Source: Euglena gracilis
Lineage: Eukaryota
DNA length: 64,000 bases
Reading direction: 5' to 3'
NCBI GenBank assembly: GCA_039621445.1
Contig: CP154954.1
Coordinates: 5,557,919 to 5,621,918 of the forward strand
Shown: piece by piece, positions 1-11,019 of the stretch
Position numbering within the stretch: position 1 is the first letter of the stretch
Layout of the letters: every line of letters begins with the position of its first letter
Made by a program: the position numbers and the translations under genes
Notes under the pieces: model-generated
Database searches by the model: none
The model's input: only the letters and a program-made list of their open reading frames with translations
Told to the model about the DNA's origin: nothing

Positions 1-1915
1 CTTTTTCAGGGCCAAAATTCCCCAAAAACTCGTGATTTTCTTGAATCACCAAGGGCTGGAAACTTCCAGGTACACACAGCCTTTCCTCGAAAAACAGTTG
101 GCCGTTCAAGACTTTATAGCTTTTGGGCCCAACTGAACCACCTTTTGTAGCCTCACATTTTATTTCCACGTGGGGCATCGGAACGTGAATGTGCTTCTCC
201 CCAATCACGCTCCCATAGGGGCTTAATATCCTTAGGGGTCATACTTGGCAGGGCGTCCCCCACTTCCATACGAGTGCCCCTCCTCGAACTTTCAGCCGTC
301 TCCGGGACAGGGGTCGTCTCCCCCCACCACTTTCTCATCTAAAAAATTAACTCGCTTCTTTTCTTTCCTGGGCCCTTTTTAAGTGGGTGTCCACAGGGGT
401 GTCTTTTCCTCCTGGGTCTACCCCACCCTCGGTTCCCCTCCTTGTGCACTCTCCTTTTTCCTCCTCGGGTGGTACGTTTTTGCAACTACGGGTTGTGTCC
501 CCCCCGTATCCAGGCATTACGTAAATTGGGCTGGTTTTCTATTCTTATCTCTAAACACTGTTTTTCCTCTTCATTTTCCTCCCGGATAAAATTTTCAATT
601 TCATCCTTGTCCGCGGCCGACACGTGCTTTTTTTTATGTCCATTTGGGCCTGTGAAACTTGGTATGACCACCGACTAAGGATATCCGCTATGGTATTTTC
701 TTTACCCGGGATACATCCCACCGTCAAATCATACTTAGAGAAAATTTGGTGCCATCTCGCCCTCCTCCCAACCGGACCACTGGGGGTGTCTAAGACTTCC
801 CTTGTCCAAGACTCCAAACTTTGGTGGTCGGTTAAAACCAAAACAGGTTGCAATCCAATCCAAATGTCCCATTTATGTAGTGTCAAAATTATGGCGTACG
901 TCTCCAATTCCCTGGGGGTCAATTTTCTTTGCCGCTCGGTCAATTTTCGAGACAGAAAAGCCACTTTCACAGTTTTTTTCTCAATAACATCCTGGGCTGT
1001 GTGTCTTCCTCCCCCCTCCTTCATCTGCTCTAAGGGGTACGCACTGGCATCTAACCTTAGCACAAAGGGTTTATCTGGGTCTACCCGTTGCAACATTAGG
1101 CCCGAATACAACCTTTTTTTCAGCTCCTCAAAAGCTTTTAAATCTTCCTCATATCCTTTCAATTTGTCTTGCAACCGGGTAGCCACTTCGGCACACATGT
1201 GAATGTATGCATTTAGGAATTTATGAATGCCAAAAAGGCTCTCAAAGCCGTATTTTTTTGGAACCTCCCATTTTTCGATCGCTCGTAACTTACCTGGTGC
1301 TGGCCTCCAAGTCCCGTTTCCGAAAATCTGCCCACCAATTTAAACCTCCTGAACAAAAAGTTTGGATTTGAACTCATCGGCCACCAAAAGTTCTGTTTTG
1401 AGCACCTCCAACACCCTCCTCAAACCAATTTCATTTGCCCCCACCAGGCCCTCCCCTTCCCCGAACGTTGTCCCCACCAGCATGTCGTCTATGTACCCTG
1501 TGGCGACATCCCTTACTGGTGTTAAACGGTCATCGATCTTTTGCCGAAATTGTTGGGGGGATTTGTCAAACCCATTACATTCACTCTCCACTCAAAAATG
1601 CCTTTGGGGGTGAAACAACACGCTATGGGTGGTCTTTCTGGGTGTAGAAGTTGTTGGTGAAAAGCTTCCTTCAAATCGCTAATCGAAAACATTTAGTTTG
1701 CACCACTTTTGACCAAAATGTTTTCAATTTTTGTCAGGGTGTAGTTGCATCGCCTTGTTTGGCTGTTTGAGCCCCTGACGTCTACCACCCCCCTCCAAGG
1801 AAAATCGTTGAATTTTTTTGCAACTGGAAAAGTCTGGGACAGCCCTTCAGGATTTTTTTGCTGTGGCTGGCTCGTGTATATTTTTTCGAGCCAGTCTTGT
1901 GTGGTGAATTTCTCG
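1..1915 (-). pseudogene. pol: Decayed RT-RNaseH-linker fragment of a family-B Ty3/Gypsy pol
   Basis: ORF pieces 1693-1920 (FPWRGVVDVRG), 1340-1591 (GYIDDMLVG), 551-1198 (VLTDHQSL, NTIADILSRW) and 153-338 closely match family-B Pol at about 39500-41470 but carry many frameshifts. Confidence 0.93.
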
Positions 1916-1960
1916 CACACTCCAAATCCTTCAAAATCTGCCTCCCTTTTTGTTTTTTAG

Positions 1961-2415
1961 TGTACGTCCAACCTTTCCTTGCTTTCGCCCTTTGGTGCGA
2001 AAAGGTAAAAAGTTGGAGTAACAGAAAAATAATGAAATAAATGTAGCGTCGAAAAGTTGTAAAGCCCTTTTCCCCAATTAAGAGGCAGAGCACAAAGCAG
2101 GCGAGGGAGCCCTATGGGCTACGCAAAGAAATGCCAAGTGACTTGGCTGTCCTTTTCGGACATCAGAAGAACAAATCCAACTGGAAATCAAGTCTTGTAA
2201 ATGATAAAACAAATACCAAAATAGAATACCGCCTGCGGAGAGTAGAATCAGAATAAGGTTTTGATCTGTAGAGCTGGGTATTCCTAATTCATGCCGTTGG
2301 CCATATTTAGGAATACCACCTAGCATAGTACTGTGTATGGGACCCAGAGCTATATCTGGCCGTAGGCTTATACCTACATACACAGTACCGTGGCCTTAAG
2401 GCTGCTTGGTACACA
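1961..2415 (-). repeat. 3' LTR of the D' element (about 455 bp)
   Basis: On the + strand it starts TGTACGTC and ends TGGTACACA, the same termini as the family-D LTRs at 18959-19277 and 29616-29929. It abuts a minus-strand polypurine tract. Confidence 0.8.
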
Positions 2416-2426
2416 TCCCCCTCCCC
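2416..2426 (-). promoter_or_regulatory. Polypurine tract (GGGGAGGGGGA)
   Basis: Purine run on the minus strand immediately before the LTR start TGTGTACC. Confidence 0.8.
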
Positions 2427-3249
2427 TGGCGATGCCCGATTTCCTTACTGGACCAGGCCAGTCGGAATGCCGGACACAGTCCTAGGGACGGGGACCTGTC
2501 ACAGAGCCGTATGCGGCTTTTGGTTCTCCTGTCACCAGGGGTGTGGGAAGGAAAATGCGAAATAATGCAAAAACGCGCAAAAGAGGTTAACCGCTTATTC
2601 GGTGCCTACTTATTGCGGCAAAGGGGTGGAAGTGGAAGAGCCCATTTGAAAATGGGGTTGGAAGATTTCCATTCCAGAAAGTCCCATCCACCCAGTTTGG
2701 GGTATGACTATGGCACGCGGGGAGGTCTAATTCCATAATCACAAAAGATTGAATGGTAGGGTGTGGAAGGATTGGGCACCTGGCCAGTCATATCTGACCT
2801 GGGAGAAAGACCTATTTACAAAACCAACTGCCGGCGACAGCGATATTTTGCCCAGGGGGGTAAAGGAGAGAGGAGTGGGGACTGGTCAAAAGACCTTAAG
2901 TAGAAGTTTTGCTGTCTGGCAGTCTTATGGGGCCTCATCGCCGAAAAGTGACAAGTTGGGAACTTTTATTACGGTGTGCGCGCTGTGCGCTGTGCGTCTC
3001 CTTTCTGGCGGCATATACCCCTGGGTGAAGGCTTCACAGCGCGGCGCGGACACGATGTTATTGATGGGGTATCCCCAGAGGCTTATACCTCGACAGACGG
3101 GAGGTAGCCCAAAAGGGAGGGGTTCCATATGCAAGTATAAATACATATTGGCAGATGTGCCTGGGCTGGATACCGAATACAGGGACTGTAGGACCGATGA
3201 AAACGTCAGAGCAGGATGCATGGACCTGTGGCCTGTAGGTCTGGGGTAT

Positions 3250-6200
3250 CTATGACACAGATGGCCATTTTGTGGGAGTTGGTGGTCTTATCTCCCGAAC
3301 GTAATCTCCTTCAGGAGTTTCCACTATCTCCAGCATCGGAGGTTCAAAAATTACAAGTTGCCTTTCAGGCTCCTCGACATCATAGTCGGGCGATTCCCAT
3401 GCTTGTGTATACCCATCGGGTAATCGTACTCCGAGCCTGTTGGCTTCTCGATGAAGAAAATTCTGGAGGCTATCCCAAAAGAAAAGTGGCAACATTGCCG
3501 GCTAGATCCGAAAATTCAGGCGGGGGTGGTTGCATTGAACCTGTGGGGGTCTCCCCGGGTAAACGGCAGGATCTTCCTTGCAATGCTAGCCTGCGACTCG
3601 CGCTCGTATTGTGAATGGCCTTAAGATTTCTCTTACCCAACCGGTAAATTCCATTTTATAGGCCTCAGGGGGGTATTCAGGCAACAAAAATGTATAACCT
3701 GATCGGTTTGGCAGGTTTGTGCTGAAAAAGTGGGTATATCACCCCATCCCAGTCGGAGTCGTGAAAAAGACATGGCACTTTTGCCTTGCCTGCTGACTCG
3801 ACTGCGAGTCGGACAGCTGCGCTGTCAAGATGAAAATCTTTGGCGATTCCGCCTGTGCGGTAGCTGTGCACAGCTTTTAATTTCTTGAACTGGTAAAAAT
3901 TGATCTGGGACCTATAGTCCTGTTCCAATTTGGCCAAATGGTCTTCATTTTCTGGTATGACTCTAGTCATACTGCCACCGGCAGGAAACCAGAAATCTGC
4001 CTATAGGCAGTTGATGCAACGGACTGGTATGTCCTTATCATGATCGTTTTCCGTCCAGCGGAAATTGTTCATATTGGACATGCCAATAGGCATTCATCAC
4101 AAACCAATGCTGCGCAATTTCGCACATATGCGTCGTGGTGGAAGCTTATGCAGTCCTGGTTGCGTGTGCAGATTTGCACTGCGGGCATGCCGTTTCGAAG
4201 CCTATGGCACGCTGTACATAACCACAATAGTGGATCATTTTCCTGGAAATCCAGGACGAAATTTCCCCCAAAATATTGGGCGAATACCCTTGGAGTTTTC
4301 GCATTCCAAAAACGCCAGGTGTGGCTGGTCGTGAAAATACCAGGTTGACCCGGTGTAACAAGGGCTTGATCCACTTATTCAGCCAGGGGTCACTGCTGTT
4401 ACGGATCATATTGGCCCTAGACTGGCGAGTCTGGAGGGGGTCTACTCTGGACAATACGTCATCAGTCCAAAGTGGCTCATTGGCCTCATGAGGGACATTT
4501 CACCGAATCGGTCTGATGGGAGGATTGCGCTTAGCGCCTGAGGAAACGGCAGCCGAAAAGCTTTGCAAAGGGATGGTAGGCCTTTGGCCTGCTCCAGAGC
4601 CATCTCCACCAGCAGGTGGTGGCTCATCGTCCCGCCGCTTTTCAGCGGGCTTGCAGGTGTCTTCGGTTGAGGGTTTATCCTTAGGCTTTTTCTGTTTGCG
4701 ATATCGGCGTTCTTACCTAGGGTCTGCCGGAGGCACTGGTCTTTCCGCCGTTGGCGGTGCCGGAGCTGCCGGTTTGGCAGGAGGTGGTTGCATTTCCGCC
4801 GTTGGCGGTGCTTGAGCAGCTGGTTTGGCTGCTGGGACATCCAACTCCATTGGAGTTGTGACCGTAGCCTGTACGGCTGTTGAGCTGCTACGAGCAGCAG
4901 GAACCCGTTGAGTTTCTGGAGGGGTTGCGGCAGGTGAGCCGCGATGAGTCAGCACTGCTGATACTGCGGACATTGCCGCGGTCAGACCCTGTAGCACACC
5001 ACCTAAAACACCTGTCGGTACTGTCGGTGATGCGACAAATTCTGTCGTGGTTGGTGCCGTTGGCATTCCAGGTAAGGAGAGGGGTGGTACCAGAGGTACC
5101 GCTGGCTGTTCAGCCTTAGATGTAGGGGAGTCGGTCTCTGAGATTGCATCTCCCTCAGGAGGAAGGGGTGTTCTTGAGCCCATTGGGGCTGGCGGAAGAG
5201 CTGGACGCTGAGGTTCATCAGCACATATTTCCTCCAGGCCTTCCATGCGGTCTTCACCGCTTTCGCCATCGCTCTCTTCACTGCACTCCACCGTTTCTGG
5301 TGAAGCGGCAGGGGCTGCTGGCTGTTCCGCTATAGCGCTAGGCACAGTACCTGTTTGCGCAGTCGCGCTGGTGGGTGCCGCAGTAGCGGGCTGGGGAGAA
5401 GAGGTGGCGACAGCAAATTGGCTTTCCTGAGGTCCATTAGGGACAAAAGGTTCTGCCGTAGCCGATAGGCTTGATCCCAGGTAACGCCGACCACGCCCGA
5501 ATACAGGTGGTGGTGTCTGACCAGGGATTCCCTGGGGTACTGGCGTTGCCGATTGCGGCTGAGATGTGACTGATGTTGCCAGTTGCGGCTGGGTTGAGTA
5601 TTCCGATGGCCGAACTTCCGCAGCCGATTGCGGCTTGGGGAATGTGCCTTTGGCACGTGTCTTTTCCGTAATCGGAAACTGTCCAATGGCTTCCGTTCAC
5701 CTTCAACCATCGTGTGGTTGAAGCGCAGGAGGGGTATGGCCATGCCCTGTTCATTGACTCTGCCGCCTTGAAAAAAACGGCAGTAACAACGCTCTATCGA
5801 GCGTATCGCCGAATCGGCGTTTGACATAATCGTCAATGCTTTCCTTTTCGAACCGGGGCCTGATCGGGACATAGTCCGGGGGAATTTCCCTATCGGGATT
5901 GATATAATAATATATCTCCATGATCTGGCAGGTCCAAGCCCTGAACCAGAACTGCTGCAAATACAGCAGGAGTTGACGGTGGTTGCGTCGCCCGTTCGAG
6001 CTTTTGGTGAACATCCTTTGGATTTTTGCAAAGGTGCAGGAGCATGATGCGCTTTGGCGCTGTCTGCGGGATATTGGCCTGTTTGCCGTCCTCATCCCGG
6101 ACTTCGGCCTGTGGTTGAGTACTGCGTACTCCGAATCCCCAGAAGTCCACTGCAAACTTTTCGTAGCAGTAAGAACATCGGACGATATACATCTGGCGGA

Positions 6201-7855
6201 AGCGGAGGTCCATATCGACCACTTCGAAGTGATAGGCATATTGCCAGTGGTAAAAGACTTGCAGAACATGTTTTCCGCCAATTTGGCGATATTTTCGGGC
6301 AGTGGGTAGATGTACCATTCCAGGCCTACACTGCGGACGCAGTCAAATAGCTGCTGCAGTTGGTCTTTACCTGTATTGTATCGGTCTTCTCGACCACAAT
6401 CCAGATAAGGATAACCGCATGAGTTCAGGAACCTTTCGAAGTTTTGGGTGGGATTTCCCGCCCAGAACCAAACGTGCCAGAAACCTGGCAGATTGTCCAA
6501 TATCGGACCGAAGATGGCATTGCCCTCAAAGGCATATAAAGTTCCATCATGGTGGAACTCACGATTGCGCTCCATATAGAGCTGTCTGCTCAAAGTCACG
6601 ACGGGGGAGGCGACCAGGATTGGAAGACTAAGTTCATTTTCGAACCTCCGCATGGCCTCGAATGCGAGGTCATGAATACTCTGGATGTGCTCGAATAGAG
6701 CTACCATGTCGTCTTCATAGACGTCCCGGTATTGGCCTTTTTGGACTTGGCCTTGTCCTTTTGGCCTGCAGTAGGTGCTCGTTTGGGATCATTTTTGCCT
6801 TTACCCTTGCCCGATCGGGATTCCCATTGAGGAATCTCTTCTCTAGCTTGTTTCCAAGCATGAGGACTGAGATGGGATGCGAAACGGGGTCCCAAAAAGG
6901 CAGGATTCATATCGCTTCTTCGTCCAAGCAATTCCTGTGAGGCATAAGCCATTTTGGCTGCTGGTTATGCTGCAGGTTGATCCTTAATGTCCGCCAATAG
7001 CGGTGGATTGTTGATAGGGAGTGGTTCGCCTCTAGGCGGATCGATGTAGGTGGGGTTTCGTACACGTTCGAGGGTGTCATCAAGAATTTTATGTACGTGT
7101 GCACGCTCCGCAGCTTCATGCTCGATTGCTGCCCTATGGGCTCCTTGGGCCAGTTCGGCCTCCTCGAGCTGTTGCAGAGTGGGTTCAGGAACAGGCAGTA
7201 CCTCGGTGGTGGCCTGTTGGCCTGGAGGCACTGTGGTGATGGCGCCATTGGCGCTGCTACAGGCTGTGGCGCCGTTGGTGCTGCTACAAGCTGTGGCGCC
7301 TTTGGCGCTGCTGGAGCTGCCGGCGCTGCTGCTTTTACTGGCACCGGTCTGGGGGTTTGCGCCATTGGCGCTGGTTTATCCAGCACGGCAAACGGCACGG
7401 GTACGGGCGAGGGTGCGGCCTGTTGTCCACCCGACGTCCGCCGTTGCCGTGCTTGGTTAGCCTGGCTGGGGCTGGGGCGGGGGCTGGTGGTTTCGGTCTC
7501 TTCATTGGGGATGAAGATTCTGGCCTACCCCGTTTCCCCAGGTCTGCTGACCTGTACGGCTGTGACGCATATCTGCGCTCTCCAGACCGAGGGCCTTGAA
7601 GCTGTTCCAGGGATTGGTAGTGGATGACTTTGCTGAGGTGACGTGAAGCAGGGTTCTGGAAGAGGTTCATGTACCATTGGTACTTCCTCTTCCACAGCCA
7701 TACGGCCTTCGGCCTCGGCCTGCTCCACATCCCCAGTCCAGGATCCAGGCTCCTGAGCCATCGGCTGATCCCGTTGTACGGGCAGCTGACTTCCAGCATC
7801 CAGATGGGCTGGAAATGAAAACGGTGGTAGTGCCGTTGACGATTGTGTCGTTCAC
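3250..7855 (-). pseudogene. Disrupted ORF3 of the D' element (Pro/Ala-rich linkers plus two conserved Cys/His/Trp-rich domains)
   Basis: Pieces 5751-6707 and 5890-6318 (PGFWHVWFWAG, CSYC, VDFWGFGV, LQQFWFRAWT) match 57211-58539. Pieces 4069-4374, 3677-3970 and 3250-3495 match 30912-31880. Confidence 0.8.
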
Positions 7856-7938
7856 TTATGGCCGTTTCCCCCCCCCAGGACCATGTCCTGGGGGGGTCCT
7901 GGGGGGGTTCTGGGGGGGGGGGTCGTGGGGGGTCCTGG

Positions 7939-8362
7939 TGTGGGATTCGCTCCCAGATGTGCAGCAGAATTAAGCAGAGCCAGGCCAGAGATTCCTAATT
8001 TGTACATTCCACAGTCTGTCATCTGTAACTTTGTGCAGGTGGCAAGCAGTATGAACCCTTTGGGGCTTTGACTTCTGGTTTGTTTCTTGCTGTGGTTTTG
8101 GGAAGGTTTGGCGCAATGAATTGGCTGATGGAGGAATCAAGGCGCAGGGAGGAGCAGATTGAAAAGGAAAATTTGAGGCAGTGTGTCAAGTACCTGGGGA
8201 AAGATCCTACAAATGTCTGTGGCCCCTGGGCGCTGAAGGTTGCTGAAAGGGAAGGATTTATGCTGGCAGGGGAGTACAAGAATTGCTACAGAAAAACCTG
8301 CAAATGTCAGATCTGCCAATGGCAAAGACAAAGTGGGGGCCAGAATGGGCCCCCCCCCTACA
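7939..8362 (+). repeat. 5' LTR of the TRIM-like element (424 bp)
   Basis: Direct repeat of 9232-9653; TGTGGG...CTACA. Confidence 0.93.
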
Positions 8363-8812
8363 CAAAGGGTTCATGAGCCTTGCAGAGATGTCCAAGTTGT
8401 GCATGCTGAAGATGACAAGTCAAGGAATGCTGAGGTGTGTAATGCCAGCATCGGGCATTACAGCCCTGGACATGGTGACATTGAAGTTGATGAAGGCGGA
8501 TGTGGTGATGTACAGCTGGGCCATGGGGACCCATTGCATGCCAGAAGTGGTGATGGAGAAGATGCTCAAGCTGTGCATGCCACAGGTGTACATGCTGGTG
8601 ATGCAGTGCAAGAAACAAGCCAGAAGGAGCTGTCAAAGGTCAGATGCGAGTCCACCGACGAGGAAGAACCGTTCAACTGGGAAGTCCCGAAGAAGGATGT
8701 GGCTGAGCCAGGTGCAGACGAACCAAAGTCAAGAGGGAAGAATGAGACGACCAGTTGGAAGCGGAGAAGGAGAAGGCTGAAGCTTAAGGCTGCCAAGCGA
8801 CTCGAGGACTAA
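8363..8812 (+). CDS. Possible short His/Asp/Gly/Val-rich ORF ending in a basic KRRRRR tract inside the TRIM-like element; start uncertain
   Basis: Open frame 8240-8812. Composition and KRRRRR tail resemble the ORF at 26127-27293. Confidence 0.3.
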   Translation, partial: QRVHEPCRDVQVVHAEDDKSRNAEVCNASIGHYSPGHGDIEVDEGGCGDVQLGHGDPLHARSGDGEDAQAVHATGVHAGDAVQETSQKELSKVRCESTDEEEPFNWEVPKKDVAEPGADEPKSRGKNETTSWKRRRRRLKLKAAKRLED

Positions 8813-9231
8813 GCGGACCGGGTGTTAACCTGATTGCCTTGTTCTTTTTGCCCCCTGTCGAAAGCTCCGGGTCGAATTTTCAGTGGCATGCCGGTTTGTG
8901 TGGCAAGTCCTGGTGGCACATCTTCCGGGATGATTGCCCAGGTAACTTTTGCCCCAAACCCCCCCCCTGTGTGGCAGGCCCTGGTGGCACGTCTTCGACG
9001 ATTGCTCAGGTAGCCATTGCTCCAGGGAACCAATTGCCCCCTGTGCACAAACCGCAGGCAGTGGGCCACGGCATGCACGGGTGTGGCATGGTGGGGTTGG
9101 CAATTGCTCGAAAAACGACTTGTGTGGCTCGAGGGCGGTGGAAAGGCAGGTGGCACAGGTGAAGCCCATCTGTGAGCGACTCCCAGATGCCAATGGCTGA
9201 CATAGCTTGGGAAGCTTTTTGAGGAGGGGAG

Positions 9232-9653
9232 TGTGGGATTCGCTCCCAGATGTGCAGCAGAATTAAGCAGAGCCAGGCCAGAGATTCCTAATTTGTACAT
9301 TCCACAGTCTGTCATCTGTAACTTTGTGCAGGTGGCAAGCAGTATGAACCCTTTGGGGCTTTGACTTCTGGTTTGTTTCTTGCTGTGGTTTTGGGAAGGT
9401 TTGGCGCAATGAATTGGCTGATGGAGGAATCAAGGCGCAGGGAGGAGCAGATTGAAAAGGAAAATTTGAGGCAGTGTGTCAAGTACCTGGGGAAAGATCC
9501 TACAAATGTCTGTGGCCCCTGGGCGCTGAAGGTTGCTGAAAGGGAAGGATTTATGCTGGCAGGGGAGTACAAGAATTGCTACAGAAAAACCTGCAAATGT
9601 CAGATCTGCCAATGGCAAAGACAAAGTGGGGGCCAGAATGGCCCCCCCCTACA
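9232..9653 (+). repeat. 3' LTR of the TRIM-like element (422 bp)
   Basis: Direct repeat of 7939-8362, preceded by the PPT and followed by the CTGG TSD. Confidence 0.93.
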
Positions 9654-9657
9654 CTGG

Positions 9658-9960
9658 CAGCCCAGATGGAACAGACGCATTTGAAAAAAACTGGCACGGA
9701 AAACTGCTGTGGATGAACCCCCCATTCAGCAAAATTTCACAGGTGGTGAGAAAAATCCAAACAGACGAGGCCCATGCACTCCTCATGGTACCCAGATGGG
9801 TTCACAGAAAATGGTACGGAGAAATCAAAAAACTGGCAGTGATGTCAATGTTCATCCCAGCGGGAACAAAACTGTTCGGACAGGGTGACAAGAACTGCAG
9901 GAATACACCGTGGCATGTGGAAGTGTTTTTGGTATGCGGACACAAAACACGGTGCAAGTA
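9658..9960 (+). pseudogene. Dam-like (phage/DIRS-type) N6-adenine DNA methyltransferase domain, N-terminally truncated
   Basis: DAFEKNWHGKLLWMNPPF (NPPF at 9716-9727), then ALLMVPRWVHRKWY. The upstream DxFA motif seen in families B and D is missing. Confidence 0.85.
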
Positions 9961-10189
9961 CCTACCAGGTTTCCACAAACACTTCACCCCCCTACATCCG
10001 ACATCCAAGGTGAGGTTCGGCACAGCCCACGAGCACCCGCCAGTGGAGGACGAGGTGGAGGGTGGTGAACAAAAACCCGATTTGGGGACAGAAAAACCAC
10101 AGAAACACATCAGAAAACTGCAGGAGGCAGCCACAGCGAGAAAACCAAAACCACCAGAACGGGCCACAGCAGAAAAACCAAAACCAAAA

Positions 10190-10773
10190 ATGCTGGACCT
10201 GTTCTGTGGAACAAAATCGGTCAGCAAGGTGTATGAAAAAATGGGTTTCCAGGTGGTGACGGTGGATTCAGACCCCAGGTGGGAAGCGGATTACCAGGTT
10301 GACGTACTGGACTGGGACTTCAGAAAACACTTCAAACCTGGTGATTCCACACGGTGGTGTGTGGAGTTCCCTGCACAGAATTCAGCATTGCCCTGACGAC
10401 AAGACCCAGAAACTTGGAAAAGGGAGACAGCCTTGCAAAGAAAGCCCTGGAAATTGTGGAATTTCTGCAGCCGCAGAAATGGTGGTTGGAAAACCCAAGG
10501 TACGGATACCTGGGAAAACGAGATTACATGAAACCGTACCCGTACATTGACGTGGATTACTGTCAATACACAGACTGGGGCTACAAAAAACCAACACGAA
10601 TCTGGGGCAGCCCTGACATCCTGCAGGTACCAGCAAAACGGTGTGACGGAAAAACGTGCAAGAACCTGGACCCAAACGGTGGTGGTCACCTGGTGAAACT
10701 CAGCAACAAACACAACATTCCAGCCTTCAAAAAATTCAGGATCCCAGAACAACTGATTCAAGACCTGGCGGGG
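10190..10773 (+). pseudogene. C5-cytosine DNA methyltransferase domain with a 1-nt frameshift near 10346
   Basis: Motif I LDLFCG, VVTVD, DVLDW, motif IV GVPCTEFS (catalytic PC), motif VI WWLENP, motif VIII-like YKKPTRIW. Confidence 0.9.
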
Positions 10774-11019
10774 TTCCACGAACGGCTACGGCAAACCAGC
10801 CAAGCCCAGGCCGCGCAGCAACAACCGCTGCAGCAGCCCAGCCCTGCCCAGACTGCAAGACAAAACATGCTCTCACAGCCCAGCCCAGGACTGACAGGTC
10901 AACAGCCAAACCCAGATTCAACTGACCTAACAGAACCTGACCAAAACATTCGGCTTCCAAAACGACTGTGTGAACCGGTGTCCAAACTCCTGCTGGGGCA
11001 GGTCATCAGCAGAAAGAAT

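Larger units (their letters stand above)
1961..7860 (-). mobile_element. 3' portion (ORF3, 3'UTR, PPT, 3' LTR) of a family-D-related (D') Gypsy element
   Basis: Same LTR/PPT junction (TGGTACACA|TCCCCCTCCC) and 3'UTR blocks (CCCATCCACCCAGTTTGG, CAACTGCCGGCGACAGC, GCTGTCTGGCAG) as 29921-30470. ORF3 pieces are homologous to 30912-32553 and 55958-58539. Confidence 0.85.
7939..9653 (+). mobile_element. Young non-autonomous mini LTR element (TRIM-like, 1715 bp)
   Basis: TG...CA LTRs at 7939-8362 and 9232-9653 differ only in terminal G/C run lengths. PPT GAGGAGGGGAG at 9221-9231. TSD CTGG at 7935-7938 and 9654-9657. No gag/pol motifs inside. Confidence 0.93.

Noticed and set aside
624-1202. Many 60-290 aa ORFs antisense to or overlapping gag/pol (e.g. 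624-1202, 14386-14961, 38118-38666, 56800-57564)
   Set aside because: Shadow frames of pol, gag or ORF3 with no motifs. Their recurrence simply follows duplication of the elements.
8068-8376. Cys-containing ORF (CYRKTCKCQIC) repeated at 9361-9684
   Set aside because: It lies within the LTR and repeats only because the LTR does; no independent coding evidence.
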